Made by a program: the position numbers and the translations under genes. A stretch of 64,000 nucleotides of DNA from Parasitella parasitica NRRL 2501 (taxonomy: Eukaryota; Fungi; Mucoromycota), in the NCBI GenBank assembly GCA_025201805.1, contig MU619313.1, positions 43,056 to 107,055 of the forward strand. Direction: 5' to 3'. The stretch's first letter is position 1, and the number at the start of each line of letters is the position of its first letter. Positions 9,992 to 26,704 of this stretch are shown here, one piece after another. The notes under the pieces were generated by a model that saw only the letters and a program-made list of their open reading frames with translations, searched no databases and was not told where the DNA came from.

Positions 9992-12067
9992 TCATGTAGA
10001 GATAGATGCGGAGGCTGCGGTAGTATTAGATATGGCAGGATTAGGCGCGGGCATCGTTGCAGTCGGTACAGATGGTAGTGATGGTGATGGTGGCTTCAAT
10101 TTTGATTCAATTTTGTCCACAATAGCAGCAGCAGAAACTTCACCGAATTCAGTTTCAATGGTAGGATACAAATCTAATGGCGAGTTCTTGTTCTTTAATT
10201 TATCGTTTTTTCTTTGCAAGGTTTGCTGAACAACTTTCCAAGCACCACGAGTTAAGAAGTTGGCCTTTGATTCAATTTCCTCAACAAGTTCTTGATTGTC
10301 ATCTTGATCTAAAAAGTCCCACAAACTCTTCATGTATGCCTCGCCACGATCGTCGCCATATAACGGATAAATATAAGATGCATCAAGTGCTGTGTAAAAT
10401 GCACCCGGCGGTTGGCCCCCTAACGTAGTAAATGGCCCGTAATCACAGAAATGAGCCGCATGAACCAAGTGCTTATTGTGAAAGAAGTCATCTGTAGAAT
10501 GGCGGTTTAAATAGAAGGCAGAAGGCAAGGCAGCAGGGTTTGCAATTGTTAACTGAGGCGGTTCAGCAAATGTATGTTCTTTTGGTAACAATGTATCCAA
10601 ATCCGACACTAAAAAAGCCATACAAAGTCAACAATCCGTTGCCAGTTTTTTTTTCAGTTTTCAATTTTCAAGTTACCTCCTCCAACTATGTGTAATGATC
10701 CGTCAGGGCCATATATAACACCAGTATCAGCAACCTTCTTCTTCTTTTTCTTATAGGGGGAACTTAGCGAACGTATAGGTGTTATAGCACGAGAACTAGC
10801 AATGTCCACGCTTGTTTCCCGTGTATTTATTTCGGACCCTTGTCTACTATGTTTCCTCAAAGTTGGTATACTAGTGTCAATACCCATAATATCCACATCT
10901 TCCTCCTTAATCCCAAATGATTCTTTGCGCCCTGAAAATGAAATCGACATTTTCCTGCCTGGCAAATGATTGTCTTCAGGCGCTGGAAGCCCAGAAGCCG
11001 CATTAGCTTTAGCAATTGCAGCAGCTTCTGCAGCAGCAGCAGCTTGATGTAGTTTTTCTTCCTCAATTTGCTTTTCGGCACGATCAATCAGCTTGATACC
11101 AAAGTCGTGTATTTTATCTGCACTCTTCCAATAGATAGTTTCACGAGAATTGTAAATTTTCGCATTAGAGATGATCAACTCGAAATCACGGCGAAAATCA
11201 TCGCCACTGTCATATTTTCCTTCTTCCACATTTTTGCGCATTGTCGAAAAGTCCATAGGCTCTTTAATGATCTTCAGATAGTCAGGAACTAGTTTTGGGT
11301 CAACAGGCTCCAAGAAGAAACCATATGCATCTCGCCTTTAAAATTTGTTAATTGACATGACCATGGTTGAAATCGCATACTTACTTTTGTATATTATCCA
11401 ACAGCTTTACAAGGATGGATTTGGTGTCTTTTTTGGGTACCTCAGGAATTTTGGGAGGAAGAGCAGCAATAATGGCAGCTGCCTTTGCTTTATTGGTAGG
11501 ACGGCCTCGTTTTTTGGGCTTTTCGCCATTTGCAACAACAGCAACAGCAGCAGCGCTAGCATTTGACTTCATTGACGAAGAACGTCTACCTTTTTTGAGG
11601 GACGTAGCTGCCGTGGTTGTGGATATAGCGGCAGATGCTGACCCTACTGGAGTATGAGAAGTCTCATAGTGGTCGTGATCAGTGTTGTCTAATCTTTGTT
11701 TCTTTACATCTGTTGGATGAAAGCTATCCAACTCGGAATCTTCTTCGCGATAATGATTTTGACCGTTCTGCTGAGGCTGCTCTTGTTGTAAAGATGCGAA
11801 TGGTCTTTTACCGCCAACATGGACGTGGTTGTGTTGCTGCTCGGCATATTCCTCAGCTTCAGATTCATCTTCGTCTACGTGTTTTGCTCGTTTATGTTTC
11901 TTTTTATGCTTCTTTTTATGCTTTTTTTTCTTTTTATCTTCTGCTGTTATTGTAGGAGGCAGAGGATTCAACTTTAGCTTTAATTTGATAGTAGGCGTGG
12001 CTTTAGGCGAAGACTTATCATCGTCTTCAGAATAGTGGTGTGGTGAAAGTTCTGGAGAATATGACAT
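9992..12067 (-). CDS. Bromodomain protein, BRD7/BRD9-like
   Basis: N-terminal IKLKLKL and K/H-rich tract. Bromodomain (DAYGFFLEPVD..VPDYLKIIKEPMDFSTM..NAKIYN) followed by DYGPF..YPLYGD, reminiscent of the BRD7/9 C-terminal region. Three exons. Confidence 0.75.
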
Positions 12068-12533
12068 TTTCGGCAACTTTTTAATTTCTTTTCTCGCTCC
12101 CTCACGCCCTAAAATTCACTAGAGAAATCCGAATGATAGCAAGATACGAAAAAGTTCTTTTTTCAACCTGCACAAAGGAAAGCAGGCAGACATTATATGA
12201 TGTCACCCAAGCGGTTGCTCATGATTATGAAAAGCGAATGATTGGTTAAATTGGTCTTGGGGCCAGAATGAGTATCAGATCAATGAGATTGTTTGTGTAG
12301 CAGTGTAGAGTAAGAGAAACAGTAAAAATACTTTGAGATAGATCATGCTTTGATATAAAAAAAAGGAGAGTTATTGTGTTAAAAGCATATCTGAATGAAC
12401 CCAAATTGATTCCTTAATGTCGGACTACACTGGAAATCTGGCCAGCAGATCTTATTTTCTTTTGTGTGAGATTTGAATGTGTGTGTGTGTGCGCATTTTT
12501 CTTTTCCTAATTCTATCAAAAAATCATATTGCC

Positions 12534-15085
12534 ATGGCAACCAAACGTAAAGGGAAAACGATTCCTTGCGAAGGTAATCCCTTGCCAACTTCTGATGTCT
12601 TGTTTTTTGTAATGCCAAACAAACTTCCATTGTAGGTTGCCGAGAAAGAAAAAAGAAATGTACCGCAGGACAACCTTGTCAAAGGTGAGAACTATGCCAT
12701 AAATGCAGTATTTTTTCCCTTTCTTTCTTTTTTTAAACAAGTTGTATTAGATGCGAAAGATTAGGTATTCAATGCTATTACCTCAAACCAGCTATTCCTA
12801 GAGTGGAATGTATCGAGTTTGTAAATAACCAAGAGCTTGAGATGCATGTTGAAGTCTTGGAGGATATCTTGAAAAGTATGGAAAGAGAATTATATCTTTT
12901 AAAATCACCATTTCGAGTCAAACAAATAACAAGTAGCAGCAGAAGCAATTCTGACGTTGACAGCTCATTTTCTGATCAAGGTTTCGATTCAAATTACAAT
13001 CGCTTTAAAAACAACAAGAACAATACGGCTTTCACTAGCAGCGCTTTAATAGGAAATACATCCAGCTGGCAATTAAAACTTAGAAAAGACGGCAGCATCA
13101 CAATCGATACTGATATCTCAAGTTACGCAAATCTATTGAAACATATTGAGGCACTGGGTAATCCTATAGATGCAATTCCAATCACCAAGCAGCCTACGCT
13201 GGCATCTTTATCTGCAGGTGGTGGCTATCTTCGCCGAAAGGTTTTGTTTACTGTTGTTCGAAAAGGGAATTTTAGAGCTATTTTGGGGTCCATTCAAAAC
13301 GAGAAAAGAAAGCAAATCATTTCGGCATCTACAATGACTCCACCACAAACGCTGATGCTGGAGTTTGGTGACAAAGACAGCACACCAAGTGTAGTGTACG
13401 AGAAGAAGAACTTGGCTCTGCAATTGGTCAACACGTACTTTTCTTGCCGATTTTTGCATAGAGTTGTCTTCCACCAAAAGACATTTTATGAAATGTTTAT
13501 TGACGGCAGAACTGATTTGGAAGCCTCACCAGCTGCATGTGCCCTTTCTGCTGCAGTGTTAACAATGCACTGTAAACATGTCATGGCTTTTGTGCCTTAC
13601 GATCAACAATTGGCATTGGGAGAATACTACTTTGATAAAGCTCGCTATGCTGTGTCTCTTCAATTCGATGAACCTTCCATGGAGACAATGATTACTTATC
13701 TATTCATGGCGCTCTACAAATCAAACCTACTGCGGCCTCAAGATGCCAACATGTATCTGGAGGTAGCAATTCGCATACGGCAAATTCTAGTCGAAACTGT
13801 GTATAAAAACCCTTCTCCATCACTCATACAATCTACTACAAATAATTATAATAACAATAGCGCGACGACAAAACCTGACTCAAATAGAGACTCGCCTGCT
13901 AATACATCGCCAAAAAGACCAAGCAGATCAAAAGCAATGTCCCGATATCGAAGAGAGTACGAAACTTTCAAGCGACTTCATGCTGGATTCCAAGACTGTG
14001 TGCAGTTTATCCAGTTTGTGAATAACCAAAGAGGTGTACCTGTAAAGAGCGCAGACCTATCCAAAAACAAGCCTTCTATGCTAAACCAGGAAAATACTTC
14101 ATTTAAAAGGCTGTTTCAATCCATCTGTGTAGAAACTTACGACCCAACACCTATGCCTGACGAATCCAGACAAACTGTGCGAGCAATTATGAAAGAGCAT
14201 TATGTGGGACAAATTGCTAGAGTAGTCGGCCCATACTTTAGACGCGTGCGTTGGCAGGAAAGCGATATGGTTCCTCTGTCTTTTTTGATGAAAACTGAAG
14301 AGGATTTGAATGAAACTTATCATAAAAAGATACCACTAGATTTTAGATTAGACGCCTCGATTTTTGAAGATGGCATTAGCGACACAGAGTTCAAGAAAAG
14401 ACTGTTAGATGACGGGAGATGCGATATTGTCTCTGTTACCATTGCAACTCGTTTTTACCAGTCCTTAATAGCACTGCATGAACCGTTTTTACCAACAATT
14501 CGTCAATCTCGGAGAGGACCAAACAGCCTACTCACGCTTTTACAGCCAGATAATGTGGAAGATTATGAGCTTAAACAACAAAAGAAGCACAAGAGAAGAA
14601 CTGATAGAGATCCACTAGGAACGACAGCTTGCTCATCCGAGGAAGAGGGAGAGGAGACGGAGGAAGATGATAACTCTACTGTGCTCTCGGTGCACGCTCT
14701 GAGGGCTCAATATGTCTGCTATAAATGCGCCATCATCGTTGTCCGTCTCTCGGAATTCCAATGCACTGTTTTGCAAGCTTGCACTATATCAACACCCTCA
14801 CTCTTTTGTGCCTGGGATATATTGCTGCGAAATTCTTGCTTAGGCATGAATGAAGACGACCTGGCTGTCTCTGGTGTTAACAACTACTTGAGCGCTAAAG
14901 ACATTGAGTTAGCTAGAGAATACGCTGTTCGATGCATTGAGGTACTTCGAAAAGGATATCTGTTTAATGGAGCAGAACGTGAAGTGTTTGACCATTACGA
15001 GAAAATCGAAAGCCAGTTGTTAACTGCATTATGTAAATCTGCTTCACCAACAGCGAAATATTGGGAGCCTGTCTCAAATTGGTGA
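12534..15085 (+). CDS. Zn(II)2Cys6 fungal transcription factor
   Basis: Two short upstream exons missed by the ORF track join to give MATKRKGKTIPCEGCRERKKKCTAGQPCQRCERLGIQC. The long exon contains a fungal-TF middle-homology-like region (LVNTYF..HRVVFHQKTF). Confidence 0.9.
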
Positions 15086-15182
15086 TGGCTACTGTGTGTA
15101 CGTATATATAAAAACCAGAAAACTTGCATTGTAAATATTTAATACCACTAAATAATAAAGTCTACTGTGAAAAAATGGCGCA

Positions 15183-16086
<904 letters not shown>

Positions 16087-16207
16087 TTTTATTGTTACAG
16101 ACAAAGAAATTGATTTTATTTGGATTTACATTACTTATATATATATATACTCTATTATTGACAAATTTCCTCGGAAAAACCGCTTGTATCCCTGTTTGTT
16201 TGCTAAC

Positions 16208-16780
16208 TCAAGATGAATAACGGAGACTGCGTCGATTCGAATACTCTGTCCATGGAGGCGTAGGTCCTCTCCACATAGTTGCATTTAAATAAGTCTGCAG
16301 CGGGGTCATGCTTCGGCCCATTGTGCTGGTACTACAAATACTGAGGGTTCTTTCTGATGGTTTTTCAGACGCCCCATTATGGAACGGTGATAATGAAAAC
16401 AGCCTCAGTCCTTGCTGTGGGGGTCCCTCCTCACTATCATTTGACTTTTCGTGAACGATTTTGTTTGATGTTGCCAACGTCTTCTTGGTTTTTACAGCAA
16501 GTGGACGAGGCGGGGACAGTGCGGTTTGAACAGCCGAAGCGTACTCTTGCTGCTGCTGATTTATTAACAGGTTGGCATCCGGCTTTGCGTCTATGTTTTT
16601 GATCGAGTTACTTGGTGTTGTCGATTCCTCTATTATGGTTTCAAGGGATTGCTCTTGATCGTATGTGTCGATATTTAATGCTTTGCGTCTATTGCTCAAG
16701 TAGCGATATATCGTTGTTGAGCCAAGCACAATGAAAAAAGCTATTCCAACTCCAATCAAAGTCCACTTCCACGCTTCCAT
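16208..16780 (-). CDS. Uncharacterised single-pass membrane protein
   Basis: ATG-initiated 190-aa ORF with an N-terminal hydrophobic helix followed by a basic stop-transfer and a disordered tail. Confidence 0.7.
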   Translation of the reverse strand: MEAWKWTLIGVGIAFFIVLGSTTIYRYLSNRRKALNIDTYDQEQSLETIIEESTTPSNSIKNIDAKPDANLLINQQQQEYASAVQTALSPPRPLAVKTKKTLATSNKIVHEKSNDSEEGPPQQGLRLFSLSPFHNGASEKPSERTLSICSTSTMGRSMTPLQTYLNATMWRGPTPPWTEYSNRRSLRYSS

Positions 16781-16966
16781 TTTAAGGGATTACAGTGCAA
16801 TAAAAATAAATGAGGGAAGAACAAAAGGAAGCTGGAGCGAATACATGTTTCCTCCCCTTTTATTTACATTTGGAAAGTCTGTTTAATTAGTGCATATGTG
16901 TCTATTAGATGGTGTCTTTGTATATCTATTTTGAGCATTCTTTCTCCACACATCTCACATATTGGA

Positions 16967-18241
16967 TCATGAAGGACAAAAGAAGCCTCCTGTCGCAGGA
17001 GTCGCTATAATTGTCGGTTTGTACCCAAGCCAATCCAGACCAAAAAGATACAGTGTGAACCAGAAATGAATAGGCAGTGAATGGTGGCCCGCTTCAATAG
17101 TGCTGTTAGTATTACATGCTCTGATCAAGTTTGAAAACGTTGTATCGGTGGTATCCCGTGCTTGATAGTTCACGGAAATTGGCAGTTGAATAGTGGAGAT
17201 GGCTTTACCAGGAAGATAGACTGCCGTACTGTCATCAGCATTGTTATTTAAACCCTTCCCAATTAATAAGCCTGTCATGGTATCTTTGACTATAATCTGG
17301 ATCCTGTTGAATCTTGTTGTCAAATAATTGCGTCTGTTATCCATGGTAATATTGAGAAGCCATGTACTTTCGAATGCCACGTTACTAATTCTACCTCCTT
17401 GCTGTGTTTGTGTTACTTTTGTCGGGATCGTGTTTATCGCTCCTTCTATGCGTATCAATGGAATCCGTGGCCAAATAAAGAAGAACAATACTGCAATCGT
17501 AATCACTGTTAGAAATGTCGTTACCACCCACGCTCTTCTTCCGCAGTAACATTGATATGTCTTTTTCTTGGATTTTCGGGCAGTATACAGCGCTGCTTGC
17601 CGCTTGCTAGTCTCTCCATGTTGGATAAAGCAACAACTGCCGATCCAAACGCCAATTGCCGATTCATTTGTTTTTTCAGGCACAGGGTCATCATTTTTTC
17701 CTGGGATTTCGATTATATTGATCTGGTTATTTCTAGCGTGTCGATGATGTCGTCTGTTCTGTTTCTCACTTGTTTTAAGCCTCCTGCTATGGTTTGCTTT
17801 GCTGTAGCCTGCTTTTTTGTCAGGATTGATTTTGCTTACAGGAGCAATATCTGATGGATAAGGAGCGGTTATATCATAGACTAAATCTACACATGACAAA
17901 ATGATTTAATATAACTCAAATTAAACTTTTTTCCTAGTTAACTCACCTTTTGTCTGGGGATCCACCGATGATAACAAAGGAGGTACAGTTACGGAAACCC
18001 GATCATTTTGATTTTGAGGGGCTGTTGTTGTAGCCAGCTTGCTGAGAGTATTGCCATCGACTCCTCCACCGTCGTCCTTTTCTGCAGTTGGTGTGTTTTG
18101 AAAAGTGGTATCAGGATTATAATTACTTGATATAAACCTTTCTGCAATTGACAGTGTCACTGAAGGTCTTTTTGGATCAGATGTTGCCGACGAAATCGAC
18201 TTTTTTGCATGCACAGTTGATTTTGCTGATATGGTTGTCAT
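16967..18241 (-). CDS. Type II membrane protein with LEA-2-like luminal domain
   Basis: Two exons. Disordered N-terminus, TM helix ending FFFIWPRIP, then a beta-rich domain (NITMDNRRNY, LPISVNY, C-terminal FFCPS). Confidence 0.65.
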
Positions 18242-18672
18242 GGTTACTTTTTAGGACGATCAAAATAAAATAAAAAAAACAGCTTAAAGAAGAAGAAGGG
18301 AATAAAGGGTTTTTTTTGTTTATCTCTTTTGTTTTTTTCTTCCCCCTTCACAACTGTTTTGCTTGAACGTCTCCTACTAGATATACCTGAAAACAAGCAT
18401 AAAGTTTAAACATAAATATAGCCCCGAGCCAATGACATTCGTATTGCATAACCCATCTTCTTCATGTACAGCACACTTGCGCATTGATCGGCATAAGTGA
18501 TGTACAAACAACTTGTCCATAACAACACCCGGTTTCACTCATTGTACTTGTTAATGTACAAAATTAACAGCATACTTTGTCAAATGACGATAATGTAGAG
18601 GACGTTTTGGTGGAGGCTTACTTTAAATTTTTCTTTACAAAATCTCTCTGCTTTGCTTTTTCTCCCTTTTGC

Positions 18673-18705
<33 letters not shown>

Positions 18706-18733
18706 CTTCTTCCACTTTGAATTGTGAAAAGAA

Positions 18734-21374
18734 ATGACTGATAACAGCCAATCCACTGTAGAGCAAACACTATACGAAACGAATGTGCAAACTTCTTTGG
18801 ACCAAAACAAAGACCAACAGATTGCTGCAATCTTAGTAGTGGGTTTTCATCACGCTTTCGGCCCAATTGTCGAATTTTGTATACCTCCTTTACCATACCA
18901 AGAACAGAAAAAAACCCAGCAAATATTAGAGAAATTAGAATTACCTGAAGAATGGAGCTTCCTACCATTTCTGGCTCTTCCAGGTAAGACATACACTCAG
19001 CAATACTTACTCAAGCGCAATAACGTTCCAATTTTTCCACATAGATGGTGCGCACCAAAAAGACGAAGATTTTGCATACTTTCATTTGCCACCCATACCA
19101 GGATGGTCGGTTGCTCAAACGACTCTTTTTGGTATATCTTGTAATAGACAAATTGCATCTAAAGTAAGAGTAATTATGCATAAGCATTCAGACTTGATAT
19201 TGAAGATCTTGCATATAGGATCTATTAGTGAAAACGCCTGATATTACTAGATCTATTGTACAGAAAGCAGTGGTTGTATTAGCTAGACAGGTAAGATCTG
19301 CAATTATCAGCTTCGAGCTAATTCTAATACGAGTATGCAATAGCCAATATTTGGACCTTTACGACAGAAACTAGCGGTGATAACTGCTGCATGGTTCAAT
19401 CAAAGAGATTTCACAAAGCTGGACATTTTACATGTAATAGTTGTGGAAGCAGTACCCTATAAGCGCATTTTTGACTGATCAATATATTAGAATCTTTACA
19501 ACAATTTAAATGGTACATTTCATGGTCCTATTGACGACTCGACTTTATATATGGGTAATTAAAAAAAAAGTTCAAATTCATGCAAAGGTGCTTGGCTCAA
19601 ATTCAATTCTGACTTTAGGAACTTCATTGCGAGAATTAGTCTACAAATTTAAATCAAAAACACTCATGCTACTGAAGATATTGCTGCTTGAAAAAAGAGT
19701 GCTATTTTACGGTTATCCTGTCGAAACATTATGCACATTTCAATATTCTCTGATTTCACTGATACCTGGACTATTGCGCAATCTACAAGACTCGGGAACA
19801 CCAGAATTAGACACATCCGACAAAAATATAGCAACTGCGGAAGCAAAAGTCTTATCGGATGGCAGCAAAGAAAGTTTATTAATGTATATGGGCCTCCCAC
19901 TGCATATATTTGAGAAAGGATCATTCTTCCAGCCCTATTTACCGCTTCAGCAAATCGAAATGCTTTCATCCGAACAAACAAACTCTTATGTTGTGGGCAC
20001 GACGAATCAAATATTCTTTCATCATAAAAGCGATGCCAAAATTGACGTTTTGGTCAATCTAGATAATGGCACATTGGAGTTTTACAATCCTCAGCTAGCC
20101 AGTCTTGTGAACCATACACTTGCGGATCGTAGATGGATGGAAAATATTGTAAAGGTTGTCAATGATACATGGAACCAAAATGGTACGGCTCACGGCACCG
20201 TGTAGATATGTTTGGAAAAATTGTTGACCGACTGCTTTCTATGATAGATCCTAGTAGACCTATGCAAAATACATATCTTGGATCTGATGACTATTTGCGA
20301 GCTAGATTCGAAGAGTATATATTATCCTTACTGTCCAGCGTAAAGCACGCTCAGGCCCACAGTTTACTAGACAGCGTGTACGACAGCATGGATAACGGAG
20401 CGAACAGTGGCGAAGAAGTAATGACAGATGAAAACGAAGGTAAACTAGTAAAAATAACAACTGTAGAGACAACCGACACTCAAATTTTCGCAGAACATAA
20501 TTACTTGACAGATTATGGCATGAAATGGCTAATAGCGTGGTGGGAGACAAACAACTTTAAAAAATGGAACCAATATACAGATCATGAGATTTACGAGATT
20601 GTTGAGCCTGGACATCCCGGAATGGGGAACATATCTATCGCCGACATCCAAAACACATTATCAAAGTAAGTTTCTGTTATTGCAGACTTTCAACAGACAT
20701 ACTCAACCTGTGCTATTCCTAGCCGACTTCGAGATTTGCAACTTAAACAGAACCTAGCGCCCATCCGAAATACGTTGTCAAAAGCCATGTCCGGAGGAGC
20801 GAAAGCTGTCTTCAGCGGTAGATCAAAACTGAATGCCATGTGGAATGAATTTGAACGTGGTACTAATGACTCAACGAAAGAACAGCACTCCCCTGCGTCA
20901 ACTTCACGAAATAGTCTACAATCAGAAAAGTCAATAACATCGCCAGAATCTCCTTCATCAGGGTCAGCTTCACAGCAAGCGGGTCGATTATTTTCCAATT
21001 TGTCTTCTTTTTTAAGCAGAAAAACAAAGGAGTTTTCTCAGGCAATGGAGGTATGCATATTAATATTAAAAGATGGTCTCAAGGTGTGAAATTTTTATCA
21101 ATCTTTTGTTTAATAGGAGTCTGTCTCTGAACATAGTTCACCTTCTAACAGTAGACGAGCCTCTACTGCCGCCCAGAGCCCTAGTACTACAGTTTCCAAA
21201 CCTCAGACCACCCAGGCTTCTGCTTCTTTCAACACAGATGTCCTACCACCAGACGATGACGATGATGACGATGCAGGGTCAGCCGCATTTGTGGACGTTG
21301 GCCAAATGTATCCATTCGCATCAGGCAAACATGACACGAAAACCAATGATCAAGACAAAATTCTTGATGTTTGA
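18734..21374 (+). CDS. AVL9: Late secretory pathway protein Avl9 (DENN-like)
   Basis: Multi-exon. Motifs VVGFHHAFGPIVEF, LPEEWSFLPFLALPDGAH, TRSIVQKAVVVL, FQYSLISLIPGL, FQPYLPLQQI and GSDDYLRARFEEY. Confidence 0.93.
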
Positions 21375-21797
21375 CCATTTTCAAAGATACATAGCATTTG
21401 AGATGCATCAATAAAAAGAAGTGCAATCGCATTGCGATATCATATAAATGCCGAGTGCGTGTTATATCATTCAGAGTGTTATAAACCCCCCCAAAAAAAA
21501 CGGCTGATTATTTAACCTGGCTATATCGTTCTAACAGCAACAGCATTTAGCATCTGCATGCTGATGATATCAAATCAACAAAGTTGAGCAAACGATGCCT
21601 CAATAAAATTCCGAAGGTTGGGTGCTCTTCATTTTAAGCTGTCATGATGAAGGCTACAAGGATCATTTCAATTTGAACCTTTCTACCAGCAAAATTTACC
21701 GAGAATTTAGTCGTTTATCTTGTTTTATTTCAGATGGTTCATTTTTCTCTTTTATTTCTGTGCATTATTTTAAATAATATACATTTATATTTTAAAG

Positions 21798-23051
21798 ATG
21801 AAGGACGACATTCTTTCACCAACACATGCATTTCTTGATTTTGACTTTTCAGAATTTATTGACAAAAATTTCGACATGTCAAATGACATTTTTCCGAACA
21901 CAAAACCTTTGTCTCCTTGTGCTGTCTCCTCTTCTTCCGTTGTAAGCACATCTCAGTTGGACGATTTACTTTCAGACACCACATCAACAAAGAATGACAA
22001 CTACTTGCTTGAGCAAAGTCCCTCCTCTGACTATCTGAATGACCCTTTATGGTCAAGCATCGAGGAGTTGGCTTACAACACTACCAAGAAAGAAACGCCT
22101 GTTGTCACGACGCTATCCTGCATCGACACATTCATTAAAAATCCTGACAGTGATCTAGTTGATCTGGTTCACCAGTCTGAGGCCGAGAATGAACTATTCC
22201 AGAGCTTGATCCTCACCAGCTTGATGGACACACCATTACCACCCCAACATCAGCACCGACAGTACCAGCTCCAGTACCAACTACACCAGCACCAACGCCA
22301 GCACCAGCACCAGAGCCAGAGCCAGCAACCACAGCATGACCACCCTGATAATTATCGCTATCAACATCGGAATGATTATGACCTGCTACAAAAGTATCAG
22401 CAAGAGCCTCACCTGATGGAACTGGTGAAAGGCAAATATTTTCATAATTCCCCTCAATGCGTCAATCCACCTAGAAAAAGAAAGCAGCAGCCATCACAAT
22501 CTACAACGAAGCGGGCCACCACAAAGTTTGCTACTACTGCAGCAGGCTACTCATCTACAAACAACACCCAGTACACACATAGCGACCAAGTAAATGCCCA
22601 ATTACTCAAGGAATTTATTCGCCAAGCAGGCAGAAATGCTAAACATCCTATCAGCAGTCTTGATCCCATAAGCAAACCAGGCTATCTTCCTGATCTGCAT
22701 TACACACAAACAGTGAACGGAAATTATCACCATAATCCTCCTTTATCAACAGCGTATTACAGTTCGCTAAATAGATATTCCAATATACCGTACAAAATCC
22801 AGACAAACCACAGTGCTACCAAGAAACCCAAGCAGCCAAAGCTGGCGCAACAGCATCATCACCCATACCAGCGTTCCGCAAACAACCCGGTTGGGAAACC
22901 ATCAATGTATTCATCTGATATCTCCCAAGCTCAGCTTTTGGAGATTCAAGCGATTTCACGGGCTCAACAAGATTTCATTCGTGCTCGTGAACAGCAGGAA
23001 GCAGAAAAAGGATTATTGATGAAGCATCATTCAAAAAAAGCAGCGCATTAA
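21798..23051 (+). CDS. Uncharacterised low-complexity Q/H-rich protein
   Basis: Intact 417-aa ATG ORF in good context; no domain recognised. Confidence 0.7.
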   Translation: MKDDILSPTHAFLDFDFSEFIDKNFDMSNDIFPNTKPLSPCAVSSSSVVSTSQLDDLLSDTTSTKNDNYLLEQSPSSDYLNDPLWSSIEELAYNTTKKETPVVTTLSCIDTFIKNPDSDLVDLVHQSEAENELFQSLILTSLMDTPLPPQHQHRQYQLQYQLHQHQRQHQHQSQSQQPQHDHPDNYRYQHRNDYDLLQKYQQEPHLMELVKGKYFHNSPQCVNPPRKRKQQPSQSTTKRATTKFATTAAGYSSTNNTQYTHSDQVNAQLLKEFIRQAGRNAKHPISSLDPISKPGYLPDLHYTQTVNGNYHHNPPLSTAYYSSLNRYSNIPYKIQTNHSATKKPKQPKLAQQHHHPYQRSANNPVGKPSMYSSDISQAQLLEIQAISRAQQDFIRAREQQEAEKGLLMKHHSKKAAH

Positions 23052-23278
23052 TAACCTTTTGTATCAAAAACTACTCTCTCTCTCTCTCTTTCTATTTGTC
23101 TACATAATTTACATTTATAATAAAAAGTCTACACAAACATTTACAATACGGATCATTTGCAGGATTTCAGCATGGCCGTGACTCTTTGGATCAATGATGG
23201 CTTAGTCCAAACTGCCGAGACTAATCAACCAAAAAATTATTCAAACAGAAAACCTTTCTTTACCCTACATAAATCAAC

Positions 23279-24932
<1,654 letters not shown>

Positions 24933-24996
24933 ATTATTCAATTCATTTCATGTGTGTATATAATAAATCAAGCACTGCTATAGACAACTACCTCGA

Positions 24997-26704
24997 TTAC
25001 ATTTTGAGCTGGTCCAACCACTCGCTAAAGTTCTTGGCTTGAATTTCATACTCTTTTCCAACTTGTTTGATCGAAACCCTGCCGTATCAGATTCGATAAT
25101 TAGTGACCAATGCAGAAAATTAAGCATTTTCAATTACCTTTCGTTTACAATTGATTGCGTTTTTTTCAGTTCTTTATTTACTTCTTCTGTCGTGTCCATC
25201 TTGGCCTTTAGTTTAAGTTGCTGTTCCTGAATGTATTGCTGTTCTGTGTGCTCAATGTGATCTAAAACAAGAGCATCATCTAGTGAAATGAATTTGCAAT
25301 ACTAAACACAATATTACCTCGTAGAGCGTCGACAGATTGTATCACATTGTCAATTCCATCATGGCATTCTGGTATGTCTTGTGGTATAGGTATATTCTGC
25401 TTATCCAAAGAAGCTTCCCATTTCTTTGCTAGTTTCTCCAACGTTATTCTAATGTCTGTACAGACGTCTTCTACTGGTTTTTTCGACAGATAGTTGACTG
25501 AATCCATTAAATTTACAATTTCAGACAAAGCTTCTGTGATCGACTATAAAAAAAAAATCCGGCATTTTCATTTAAAAAAGTCGGCAGTTTTCAGACTGGT
25601 AACTTACTATTGATGTATATGGACTCAGAGCATTTTTAATCGTTGCAGCATCGCTAGCGTTATCTAAAGGATCTGCTTTCGCCTTATGCATGTTTAGACG
25701 TTCGAGTTGTAACCTCACTTTTTCCTTTTTAATGTCATCCAGCAGCTGCTCAACCGTTTCTCTGTTCTCGTGTTTGACCTGAACTCTATTGTTCCGAATC
25801 ACATCGTTCCCCTTTTCATTAGCGCTTGCCAGCGAATTAAGGTGCTCTAATATTTTCAGCTTTGACTCGAGTTAGTCTTTTAGTTATCCGTCGAAATCCG
25901 TTGCCTAAAATCTTTACCGTCTTTTTTTCGATCTCCTGGATAGTTGCTTCTCTATTTACAGGTGTCTCTGACTGTTTGGATGATTCAATGTTCTTGATTA
26001 GCTCATCTGCCTGAGACGTTAGTGATTGTAATTCAGCATCCACTTGATGGTTGGCAGCCTTTATTCGTATGTTCTTTCTGTAAGCACATACACTGTGTTA
26101 GGTCATACAAATCGAATCACACAAAGTTGAAGACATACGCTATCGCAGATTGAACAACGGGATCTACATGAAGCTCTCTAATGCGTCGGATAAGGTTGGT
26201 TTCGGCATCCTTCGTCTCTCTTTCTAGATCATCTTTTCTTTGCAATAGCTCATGTATTTTCTCCGTTTGCGCTGATTTGTAGCTCTCGATCTCTCTATAT
26301 TCTGCTTTGTCCACTATTTTATACTCGTATTTCGCTTTGTCGACTCTCACATTCTTCACTTGCTGTAACAATGAATCCACCATTTGATTTGCTTGGTGTT
26401 TATCATGTTTTTCAGGCAGCCGGCTTATCAGTTGTCTCAACTGCGAAATTTCTGTATGGTTGATAAAAGTTTGCCGCTCGTACTGCCGCTTAATATACAG
26501 CTCCAGCTTTTTGCACACCATCTCTGGGGTTGTTGGCAATAACTGAGTGAGATCGCGTCTACCACCGACCAATGCCAATACACTTTTTGGATGCATTTCA
26601 TTCGCAAGAGACTGGTCCTGCAGATGCGCTTGTCTTGTGCTTTGAAAGTGAGTCTGTTTTCGCTTTATTTCTTGGACAGCATTTTGCCTTTTCTCAATTT
26701 GCAT
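24997..26704 (-). CDS. Multi-exon coiled-coil protein, 5' end unresolved (possibly augmin HAUS5-like)
   Basis: Consecutive minus-strand coiled-coil ORFs separated by GT-AG introns; last exon ends ..EIQAKNFSEWLDQLKM*. Family assignment is weak. Confidence 0.55.
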
